From a bacterium (GTDB lineage: Bacteria; UBA8248), in the NCBI GenBank assembly GCA_965202625.1, contig CBDBBI010000010.1, positions 2,441,142 to 2,505,141 on the forward strand: a stretch of 64,000 nt of DNA. The letters are read 5' to 3'. A program made the position numbers and the translations under genes. Shown in pieces: positions 20,933-29,372 of this stretch (positions are counted from its first letter, which is position 1; every line of letters starts with the position of its first letter). The notes beneath the pieces were generated by a model. That model was not told where the DNA came from. It was given only the letters and a program-made list of their open reading frames with translations, and did no database searches.

Positions 20933-22010
20933 TTTAAGACGTCAGATGTTGCAGACCGCAGCCCGTGCCGCGCTCTTGGCCATCGTCGGCGTCCCTCACA
21001 ACGCGCGCGCCTCGATGATGGGCCGTTTGTTCGATTGGCTGAATAGCCGCCCCGTCGAGACTCCCGCTTCCGGAGAGGGAATTCTGGATTTCGCCGCGCG
21101 TGTTCTTCCCGAAGTCACGCCGACTGAAAAATTCTACGTGCAGAGCATCGGTGCCGCGCCGCCCGCGATATCTCCTCGAGAATGGCGGCTGAAGGTAAAG
21201 GGCGAAGTGGTCGCGCCGTTTTCCGCCTCTTTGTCCGAGATGAACGTGCTGGGACGAGTGAAAACTTGGGCGACGATGACCTGTATCGGAAATCCAGTGG
21301 GCGGCGGACAGATAGGAAACGCCTTGTGGGAGGGGATGCCGCTCAAAACGCTTTTGGAGCGCGTCGGCGTGGCGGAGCGTGTCCGCCGCTCCGTCGCTGC
21401 CAGGGTCATCTTTCGCGCGGCGGATGGCTACCACGATTCGATATCTCTCGAACGGGCGCTGGACGCGAGGACGCTTCTTTGCACGAAGATGAACGGAGAG
21501 AATCTTCCGCGAGATCATGGCGCCCCGCTCAGGCTCCTGGCGCCGGGCGTCTATGGTCTCAAGAACGTGAAATGGATTGAATCCATTGAAATCTCCACCC
21601 AAGGTCATGGTGGGGGGTATTGGCAAAGGCGCGGCTGGTCAGATGAGGAGATTGTCGAGACGCTGAGTCGCTTCGAGGCTCCCAGAAGGCGCGTTCAGGT
21701 GCGCGTCCCCCGCATCTGGCTCGTGGGTTCCGCTTTTGCGGGCGATAGGGGAATTCGCAGGGTGGAAGTAACCTACGGCCAAGGAAGACGTTTGCGTCCC
21801 TGGACGCCCGCTTTGCTCAAGAAACCCCTCGGTACCCTCGCGTGGAGCGTCTGGGCGTTTCCTCTGCGTTTTGAGGGGAATGGATTTTATCCAGTGACGG
21901 TGCGGGCGGTGGATGGGACTGGAGAGACGCAGACGGATCGGATTTCCGATCCGCAACCCGGTGGATCGACCGGACGAATGGGGCTTAGCGTATATGTGAG
22001 AGACTTATAG
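20925..22010 (+). CDS. sulfite-oxidase-family molybdopterin oxidoreductase, Tat-secreted
   Basis: Twin-arginine signal (LILRRQMLQTAARAALLAIVG...ARA), Moco-binding Cys context TMTCIGNPVGGG, dimerisation domain; start placed at internal Met preceding the Tat motif. Confidence 0.7.
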   Translation: MLILRRQMLQTAARAALLAIVGVPHNARASMMGRLFDWLNSRPVETPASGEGILDFAARVLPEVTPTEKFYVQSIGAAPPAISPREWRLKVKGEVVAPFSASLSEMNVLGRVKTWATMTCIGNPVGGGQIGNALWEGMPLKTLLERVGVAERVRRSVAARVIFRAADGYHDSISLERALDARTLLCTKMNGENLPRDHGAPLRLLAPGVYGLKNVKWIESIEISTQGHGGGYWQRRGWSDEEIVETLSRFEAPRRRVQVRVPRIWLVGSAFAGDRGIRRVEVTYGQGRRLRPWTPALLKKPLGTLAWSVWAFPLRFEGNGFYPVTVRAVDGTGETQTDRISDPQPGGSTGRMGLSVYVRDL

Positions 22011-22031
22011 GCGAATCAAGAGACGCACACG

Positions 22032-22066
22032 AAAAACCCCCGCCGAGCGCGTCCGGCGGGGGTTTG
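22032..22066. terminator. bidirectional rho-independent terminator between convergent genes
   Basis: GAAAAACCCCCGCCG-AGCGCGTC-CGGCGGGGGTTT: GC stem flanked by A-run and T-run. Confidence 0.7.
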
Positions 22067-22086
22067 GTCTTCTAGGAGCGTGAGGG

Positions 22087-23145
22087 TTAGCGGCGTTTGC
22101 CACCCACGATGTTCGTCGCGCGCTTCTGGCGCTTGATCATCCACTCTTTGGGCGCCTCAATGCCGCTGCGATCCATAATGTCGAGATTGTGTTGATACGC
22201 CATGAAATTCTGGATGTAGCTCAGCGTACCGCCTCGGTGAGGCGCTCCAGACGGCTGGCGACCCTCAATCAGGTCGATCATGTTGTAAACCGCCTCTTTC
22301 GCCATGGCGATCTGCTCGGCCAGCACCGCCGCGTGCACCCAGCCGTCGCGAATGTCTTTTTCGATGCCGACGACAAGGTTGTGCGTCACGATCTTGATCT
22401 GGCCCGGCTTGTAGCCGGCCGCTTTCACGGCGTCCACGGTGCCTCGGGCGATGAGCGTCGCCCAAGGGTAAATGCCCTTTACGTCCGGGTGCTTCTTGAG
22501 CAGATCCTCCGCCGTCTGGTAGGCGGCCTGCACGTTCGATTTAGTGAATTCCTTCGCCACGATCTGGATTTTGGGATAGTGGCTTATGTAATCCTCAAAA
22601 CCTTTGGCCATGGAAGTCACCATCTCGATGCCGCTGGGCCCAGGCAGCATCATCACTTTGCCTTGGTAGTTGATGGAGTGCGCCAAGGTAGAGCCGATGA
22701 GAAGACCCAATTCGTAACTGTTTTTCATGACGCGGTTTTTGACGCGACTGCTGTCTAGGTCAATGTTGTCCACGACGACCTTAATGCCTTTGTCCATCGC
22801 TTTGTGCACGGCGTCCACCATGCCCTTGGTGCTGATGGGGCAGATGATCATCCCGTCGTATCTCGCGGCGATGATGTCCTCCACGTGGGCCACCTGCTTG
22901 GGCAGGAACTCATAGCCGCCCGCGTCGAACATGGTCACGCTCACGCCGGCGTCTTTTGCCGCCTGAACGCTGCCGTACCATTTCGAGAAGAAATAGGGGT
23001 CGACGCCATTCGGCACGACCACGGCGATCTTGTAATTCTTCTTCGCCTTCCTTGCCGCCTCAGCGTCCGGTGCCGCTGTTATCGTTGCGAAGACGAACGT
23101 GAAGACAGAAGCGAGAACCATGAAAGAGCGAAACAGTTTTTTCAT
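22087..23145 (-). CDS. sugar ABC transporter periplasmic substrate-binding protein (RbsB-like)
   Basis: Signal peptide MKKLFRSFMVLASVFTFVFATITA then periplasmic-binding-protein type I fold (KIAVVVPNGVDPYF...); the ORF-track N-terminal extension is rejected. RBS GAGGAG upstream of the chosen ATG. Confidence 0.8.
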   Translation of the reverse strand: MKKLFRSFMVLASVFTFVFATITAAPDAEAARKAKKNYKIAVVVPNGVDPYFFSKWYGSVQAAKDAGVSVTMFDAGGYEFLPKQVAHVEDIIAARYDGMIICPISTKGMVDAVHKAMDKGIKVVVDNIDLDSSRVKNRVMKNSYELGLLIGSTLAHSINYQGKVMMLPGPSGIEMVTSMAKGFEDYISHYPKIQIVAKEFTKSNVQAAYQTAEDLLKKHPDVKGIYPWATLIARGTVDAVKAAGYKPGQIKIVTHNLVVGIEKDIRDGWVHAAVLAEQIAMAKEAVYNMIDLIEGRQPSGAPHRGGTLSYIQNFMAYQHNLDIMDRSGIEAPKEWMIKRQKRATNIVGGKRR

Positions 23146-23237
23146 TTTGAATCTTCTCCTCGCAGAATGGGTTTCACGGACGAAATCGCTCTCCTCCGCG
23201 AAAGGAAAAATACCTGCTGCAATAATCGTATTTCCTA

Positions 23238-24233
23238 TTATTCCCGCCGTTTGCGGGAGCTTGCCACCACAGCCGCGATGAGCAAGACGCCTACCACCAC
23301 CTCCCGGGCAAACGTGCCTACGCCCAAGAGAATCAGGCCATTGAGCAAAAATGTGAGGAACAGCGTCCCGATCGCCGCTTGTACCACGCCTCCCTCTCCG
23401 CCGTGAAACGTCGTTCCTCCCACCACGGTGGCCGCCAGGGATTGAAACTCGAGCTGAAACCCCGCGAGGCCGTTCGTGGCGGGGAGTCTCGCCAAATAGA
23501 GGAACGAGGTGATGCCCACGCAGATGCCGCTGATCAGATAGCAAATGAGTTTCACCTTGCCTGTATCGATGCCCGAGAGGCGCGCGGCCTCTTCGTTCCC
23601 GCCGGTCAAATATATCGCCCGGCCCAGTATCGTTCGTTTTGTCAGCAGGTAGAGAGCGATGAAAAAGACGATGGCGATGAAGAGCGTTCCAGGAATGTGA
23701 AAGAAATCCGTGAGGCCGATGGCTTGCAGAATGTCTTTTTGTTTACCCGTGAACTGATGAATGGTGCGCCCGCCCGTAAAGACCAAGGCGATGCCGGCAC
23801 AGATGAAAAGCATGCTCAGGGTGACGATGAAGGGCTGTATCTTCACGCGGCCTACGAGGTAGCCGTTGATGAAGCCGAACATCGTCGCCATTGCGATGCC
23901 CATCAAAACGCCCACCGCGAGGCCGAAGTCCAGAATGCCTTGGGCCATCACCACGCTGGAGAGGCTGAGCAGGGAGCCCTGGCTCAGGTCGATTCCCGAC
24001 ACGAGCAGCACCATGCTTTGGCCGGCGACGATGAAGAACAGGAGAGAGGCGTTCCTGAGCTGGTTGGTCAGGTTATGGGTTTCGATGAAGTTGTGCACGT
24101 AGCCCATCAACTGAAGAAGGTAGAAAACGACCATCATTATGATGAACACCATGAACAAACCGTATTTCTCGTAATTGAACATGGTCAGGAAAGAGGCGGA
24201 AGGTCTGGATGGGGTCTCCGCTATGTTTGCCAT
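23238..24233 (-). CDS. sugar ABC transporter permease
   Basis: 331 aa, ~9-10 TM segments, RbsC-type permease signature. Confidence 0.85.
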   Translation of the reverse strand: MANIAETPSRPSASFLTMFNYEKYGLFMVFIIMMVVFYLLQLMGYVHNFIETHNLTNQLRNASLLFFIVAGQSMVLLVSGIDLSQGSLLSLSSVVMAQGILDFGLAVGVLMGIAMATMFGFINGYLVGRVKIQPFIVTLSMLFICAGIALVFTGGRTIHQFTGKQKDILQAIGLTDFFHIPGTLFIAIVFFIALYLLTKRTILGRAIYLTGGNEEAARLSGIDTGKVKLICYLISGICVGITSFLYLARLPATNGLAGFQLEFQSLAATVVGGTTFHGGEGGVVQAAIGTLFLTFLLNGLILLGVGTFAREVVVGVLLIAAVVASSRKRRE

Positions 24234-24248
24234 GATGTGGAGTCTCCC

Positions 24249-25262
24249 TTAGTTTTTTCGCTCGCGCAGGGTGCTGACCCAGATGGAGGAGAGGATGACC
24301 AAACCGACGATGATTTGCTGCCGGTAGGTGTCGATTCCCATGATGTTCAGTCCGTTCACGAGGAATATGATCAGAAAAACGCCGAGTGTTGTGCCCAACA
24401 CGCCGCCTCGTCCTCCGAAGATATGCGTGCCGCCGATGATGGTCGCCCCGATCGATTGGAGCAACTGATCACCGCCGCCCAGCCTCGGCTCGCCCGCCGC
24501 GCTGACGTTCGCTGAGAGAAGAAGGCCCGCGAAGCCGCACAAAAGTCCGCCGATGCCGAAAATGGCGATCTTCATGGCGGGAAAGTTGATGCCTGCGGAA
24601 ATCGCCGTCTGTTCGTTTCCGCCAAGAGCGTATACGTAGGTGCCAAAGCGGGTGTGTTTGAGTAAATACCACATGGACGCCAGCGCGATAAGTATCCAGA
24701 TGAACGTGAACGGAACCGGCCCTAAGTTTCCTTTCGCCAAGAATACGTATGCCTCCTCAACATGTTTTTGTAGCGTCGCGCCCTCTCTCGCGCCCCCCAT
24801 TTGAAGGCCGCCGGTCCAAAGTTGCGCTGTACCGCTTCCGACGAAGAGCATCCCCAATGTGGCGATGAACGGCTGAACCCTGACCACGCCGACGAGGAAC
24901 CCGTTGATGACGCCGCACAACAGGCCGATGCCGATGCCGGCGATGAGGCCGACGAAAAACCCGAAGTGCAGCATCGCGCTCCAGGCCATCACGCTCACCA
25001 CGCTCATGATCGAACCCTGGGATAGGTCAAATCCCCCCGAGAGAATGACCAACGTTTGCGCGTAGGCGAGGAAGAAGAGCCAGGCGTCGCGTCGCACGAC
25101 GTTAGCGAAGTTCTCGAGGGTCAGGAAATTCTCGGTCGCAAAGGTGTAGAAGATCATCAAAACGGCGAACGCGAAGATGAGGAGCGCGCGTTCCCACGGG
25201 ATATCCTTGGCCGGGTATCCCAGAATGCGCTTTTCATACCCCATAGATGTCGCAGCACTCAT
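24249..25262 (-). CDS. sugar ABC transporter permease
   Basis: 337 aa paralog of the neighbouring permease. Confidence 0.85.
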   Translation of the reverse strand: MSAATSMGYEKRILGYPAKDIPWERALLIFAFAVLMIFYTFATENFLTLENFANVVRRDAWLFFLAYAQTLVILSGGFDLSQGSIMSVVSVMAWSAMLHFGFFVGLIAGIGIGLLCGVINGFLVGVVRVQPFIATLGMLFVGSGTAQLWTGGLQMGGAREGATLQKHVEEAYVFLAKGNLGPVPFTFIWILIALASMWYLLKHTRFGTYVYALGGNEQTAISAGINFPAMKIAIFGIGGLLCGFAGLLLSANVSAAGEPRLGGGDQLLQSIGATIIGGTHIFGGRGGVLGTTLGVFLIIFLVNGLNIMGIDTYRQQIIVGLVILSSIWVSTLRERKN

Positions 25263-25317
25263 TGCGCCTAAACTCCTATCGCTCGCATTTGGGCGAAACG
25301 TTCCGGCAAAACGCGGA

Positions 25318-27279
25318 TCATTCCGCCGTCATGGCGTAGCGCAGAATTTGCTCTTGCGTCGCGTCTTCCCTGCCGATATTCGCGGTGAGCCGTCCCTCGC
25401 GCATCACCAAAATGCGGTCGCTCATTCCGAGAATCTCCGGCAGTTCGCTTGAGATCATCATCACCGCCGCGCCGTCCTTGGCGAGTTGCAGCATCTGTGA
25501 GTGGACCTCAAACTTCGCGCCTATGTCGATCCCGCGAGTCGGCTCGTCGAAGATGAGCACGTTGGCGCGCCTGAAGAGCCACTTGGCGAGAACGACCTTT
25601 TGCTGGTTGCCGCCCGATAGAAAACGTACCTGCGTCTCCTGGCTCGGCGTTATGATTTTGAGCTGATTGATGTGCGTATCCACGAGGTCCTTCTCCATGC
25701 CCAAATTGAGCAGCCACCATCGCTTGATGAGGCGGATAAGGTTCGCGCTCGTGGTGTTGAAGGCGACTGAGAGTACCTGGGTGAGGCCCTGGGTTTTTCT
25801 GTCCTCGGGCAACAGCCCAAGCCCTCGTCGTATAGCCAGGCTCGGAGTCCACTTGCGCTCATGGGTGAGCGTTTTCAAGAATCGAATGAGGACCATGGCG
25901 ACGCCGCCCCAGATCATGACCCATTCGAGAACGAAATTTTGGGTGAACAAACTCGTCACGACCATCGCGCATGTCGCCAGGGCGTACCAGTTTGCGAAGT
26001 CGAAAGCCATGGTGTGCCAGTGATACTGCCGTTCCAGAAACCAGAGCCCTGCCTGCCGTATGACGGCCAGCCCGGCGGCGGCGACGTAGGGAGCCGGTCC
26101 ATCCGGTATGTTGTACAAGGGTCCACCGAGTGTCCACTCGTAAAACCACGCGCTGCTGAACAAAGGAGGAGGCGTGTTCATGTTGAGCGTGATAGGGTCG
26201 TAAATTCCCTGAAAAATCACGGTGAAGAGGGGTAAAGCCAGAATGAAGACGACCACGTCCACGATTGCGATCCAAAATGGGTAATGCGGGAGACGCTGAA
26301 TATATTCTTTCTCTTTTGTCGCGCTTGTCATCTCTACGGTACCGCTATCCACAGGGTCCGCCCCCATGACGGCTCGGGCCATTTCGGTTCTCCCTGCGCC
26401 GACGAGACCTGAGAGGCCCACGATTTCGCCGTAATGCAGGTCGAAGTCGATGTCTTCAAATACGCCGTTTCGTGTGAGTCCACGCACGCGCAGGGCCACT
26501 TCTCCGCGCGTCCTAGGCGTCCATGGAAATTTTTCATCTAGTGTGCGTCCCACCATCTGCGTGATCAGAAAATCAAGCGCAATGTTCTGAATTTCCCATG
26601 TGCCCATGTATTCCCCGTCGCGCAAGACTGTGACGCGATCTCCAATTTCGTGGACTTCCTCGAGCCGATGGGAAATGTAGATGATGCCAACGCCCTGCTC
26701 GCGCAGCAGCTTGACCGCCTTGAATAGTTCCTCGATCTCGTGCCCGCTTAAGGAGGAGGTGGGCTCGTCCATCACCAGAATCTTGCAGTCGAAGGCGAGC
26801 GCGCGGGCGATCTCCACCATTTGCTGATCCGCCACGCTTAAAGAGCGGATCGGCGCGTTGACGTCGATTCTCACGTCCAGGCGTTCCATGATCGCCTGTG
26901 ACTCTCGTTCGACTTTTGCCCAATCCACGCGCTTCATGACGCCGGCAAGGACGGGTTCTCTGCCCAGGAATATGTTTTTTGCCACGCTTAAATCGGGCAC
27001 GAGATTCAGTTCCTGGTAGATGACGCTGATGCCTAAATCGCGTCCGGTTCTGGCGTCGGAAACCACAGTGGGCGTTTCGTTGATCTCGATTTCGCCTGAA
27101 TCGGCTTGATAGATGCCCGCCAAAATTTTAATGAGCGTGGATTTTCCGGCCCCGTTCTCACCCAGGAGAATGTGAACCTCGCCTTCTCTGAGGTTGAAAT
27201 CGACTTCCTTGAGCGCATGAACGCCCGGAAAGGATTTGTCGATTTTCCGCATTTGAAGCAAATTCGGGGATGTGGGCAC
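25318..27279 (-). CDS. sugar ABC transporter ATP-binding protein with two NBDs and an internal ~160-aa hydrophobic insertion
   Basis: NBD1 Walker A GENGAGKST, LSGG signature, Walker B; NBD2 Walker A GLVGAGRTE ... then a 4-helix hydrophobic insertion (IAIVDVVVFILALPLFTVIF...) before the canonical PEDRKxxGL continuation. Confidence 0.85.
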   Translation of the reverse strand: MPTSPNLLQMRKIDKSFPGVHALKEVDFNLREGEVHILLGENGAGKSTLIKILAGIYQADSGEIEINETPTVVSDARTGRDLGISVIYQELNLVPDLSVAKNIFLGREPVLAGVMKRVDWAKVERESQAIMERLDVRIDVNAPIRSLSVADQQMVEIARALAFDCKILVMDEPTSSLSGHEIEELFKAVKLLREQGVGIIYISHRLEEVHEIGDRVTVLRDGEYMGTWEIQNIALDFLITQMVGRTLDEKFPWTPRTRGEVALRVRGLTRNGVFEDIDFDLHYGEIVGLSGLVGAGRTEMARAVMGADPVDSGTVEMTSATKEKEYIQRLPHYPFWIAIVDVVVFILALPLFTVIFQGIYDPITLNMNTPPPLFSSAWFYEWTLGGPLYNIPDGPAPYVAAAGLAVIRQAGLWFLERQYHWHTMAFDFANWYALATCAMVVTSLFTQNFVLEWVMIWGGVAMVLIRFLKTLTHERKWTPSLAIRRGLGLLPEDRKTQGLTQVLSVAFNTTSANLIRLIKRWWLLNLGMEKDLVDTHINQLKIITPSQETQVRFLSGGNQQKVVLAKWLFRRANVLIFDEPTRGIDIGAKFEVHSQMLQLAKDGAAVMMISSELPEILGMSDRILVMREGRLTANIGREDATQEQILRYAMTAE

Positions 27280-27520
27280 GAAAGGTCACTTTCAAAACAA
27301 GGCTTTACGAATTGGAAATGCGCGGCGAACAACCAGGGGCAAACCCCCTTTCCCCAAGTCTCTATTTTTCATTTTTGAAAACGGAAAGTACTTTATCGGA
27401 GTTGGGTTTGCTTTTCAACCTGAAAATCTTGCGGAGATCGGAGCGAAAAATGATTTCATCAAAAATTGTGGTATGATTTGTACGTGCGCTTCAGCAAAAA
27501 ATTCTTCGCATGGGGTTTTT

Positions 27521-27778
27521 ATGCGTTTTTTCAAGATGATGGGGTTTGTCGCTCTCATTCTCATGGGCGTGACGAGCGCGGCCGTCGCGCAGACGCACGG
27601 TAAGATCGACGGCTGTTTGGCCTCGCTCTACAACTACCCCTCTGAGACGCTTCCGCATAGCGCTTCAAAGAAGGCGTCCTCGCCTTTGGAGGCGAGAGGA
27701 AAACTCCGGGTGGGCGAAGCGGGCGAGGGCGTCCATTCGCAGCTGGGTCTTCGGTTGCAACATCACGCCAGGGAATGA
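27521..27778 (+). CDS. hypothetical small secreted protein
   Basis: MRFFKMMGFVALILMGVTSAAVAQT signal peptide; 85 aa; followed by a strong terminator. Confidence 0.3.
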   Translation: MRFFKMMGFVALILMGVTSAAVAQTHGKIDGCLASLYNYPSETLPHSASKKASSPLEARGKLRVGEAGEGVHSQLGLRLQHHARE

Positions 27779-28051
27779 ACCTTCTCTCCTTGGTGACGAA
27801 ATCCGTCGAGGGGCGCCCTCATCGGTCGATGACGTTTAGGCAAGTGGCGGATGGCGCATGTTGCGCCGGCCAATCCATCCCGTCTTCAAAGCGCGCCCAA
27901 ATGCTCGTGTCCCGGGCGAAGCCGCTCTCCGGTAATGCGACCAAGGCGATATCCACGATCGCCGACTCATCAAAGCCGCTCTCGCGCAACGCCTGGAACC
28001 CCTCGTGTCTCATTCATTGTTCGTTGCGCGTGCGCGCTTTCTGGCCACGAA

Positions 28052-28085
28052 GAAAAAACCCCCTGCCGAAGCAGGGGGTTTTTAG
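28052..28085. terminator. bidirectional rho-independent terminator
   Basis: AGAAAAAACCCCCTGC-CGAA-GCAGGGGGTTTTTAGG perfect 8-bp GC stem with A/T runs on either side. Confidence 0.8.
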
Positions 28086-28100
28086 GGATTTTGTTGATTT

Positions 28101-29078
28101 TTACATCATGCCGGCTTCTTTCCAGTAGCGCGCCGCGCCGGGATGCATTTTGAGTTTTTTCAAGCCGCGAAGTCCGGTCTTTTTGGTGATGAACTTTCCA
28201 GCAGGATGGTATTTGGTGATTTGCTCGTGATTGTCATAGAGGGATTTGACGATCGCATATGCGTTGTCGTTGCTCATCTTGCTGTTGGTCATAATGGTCC
28301 ACATCTGGCCCCAACTCACGACGTCCTTGTCGTAGCCTGGAATGGAGCCGGCGCTGACGACGTCGCGCACGATGCCCGCTTCGTTCTCGGCCAGTTTTTT
28401 GATCGTGGCTTCATCCGGGCCAAAGAAGTGAAGTTTGCCCGAGAGAGTGCGCGACAGGTCCATATACACGGGCGCGGGAACGCCCCCGTTCAGGAAGAAA
28501 AAGCCGGCGTCCACCCTTTGGTCTTTGAGGGCGGCGGAATTCTGGTTGTTGTTGAAGAATTCCCGTTTCACCTTCTCGAACATGCCGCTGTGCTTGAGCG
28601 CGATTTGCGTAACGATGTAAATTGAGCCGCCGCGACCGCCGACGACGAATCTTTTGCCGTCCAGGTCGGCCCAGTTCTTGATTCCCGTGGATTTGAAGGT
28701 GGTGTAGACGACCGTCAGCGGATAAAGAGCGCCAAGCGCCATAACGTCTTGGGGCTTCTTGAAGGGTTTTCTGCCCGTTTGCCCCCAGGCGACGGCTGGT
28801 GCCGTGGCCATGCCCATGCGGAAGGGCTGGTTTTTGTTTTTCTTCTGAAGGATGCGGACGTTGGCGGTAGAGCCGCCTGTGACGGATGCGGATACCGAAA
28901 TCTTTCCGCCCGAGTTATCCGTGATGACTTTGCCCATCGCGGTTCCGATCTCGAAGGTGGCACCGCCGGGCTGGGACGTTCCCAGAAGTATTTTGGCTGC
29001 GTCCGCCATCGGGGCCGTCCCGACAATAAAGGCGAGGCCTGCTGCCAAGGTAAGCAGGCGAAGCGTGGACTTGCTCAT
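28101..29078 (-). CDS. TAXI-family TRAP transporter solute-binding protein
   Basis: Signal peptide MSKSTLRLLTLAAGLAFIVGTAPMADA, then TAXI motifs (ILLGTSQPGGATFEIG...); AGGAG RBS 6 nt upstream of the chosen ATG. Confidence 0.8.
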   Translation of the reverse strand: MSKSTLRLLTLAAGLAFIVGTAPMADAAKILLGTSQPGGATFEIGTAMGKVITDNSGGKISVSASVTGGSTANVRILQKKNKNQPFRMGMATAPAVAWGQTGRKPFKKPQDVMALGALYPLTVVYTTFKSTGIKNWADLDGKRFVVGGRGGSIYIVTQIALKHSGMFEKVKREFFNNNQNSAALKDQRVDAGFFFLNGGVPAPVYMDLSRTLSGKLHFFGPDEATIKKLAENEAGIVRDVVSAGSIPGYDKDVVSWGQMWTIMTNSKMSNDNAYAIVKSLYDNHEQITKYHPAGKFITKKTGLRGLKKLKMHPGAARYWKEAGMM

Positions 29079-29372
29079 TTGCATCTCCTTTTGGGTATAA
29101 AGGTTGCTTGACTCCACTCTTGTTTCGATTCGTGATGCCGAAACGCATGAATAGACACCAAGCGTTCAGGTTTTCCAAATTCTTGATGCTGATACTAAAG
29201 CAAAACCTCGTAGTTTGGTCAAGTACTGAAATGCGCAGCGCGGAAGGTTTGATCGAGAAATTGCGTGAGTCACTGGAAAAAGAGGGAGGCTATCCGTTAG
29301 AATGAATAGGTTCAAGTCCATCGCTTCGTTTCGTCATGGCGCATCCACCACGGTGGAGAAAGAAGGAGACTC

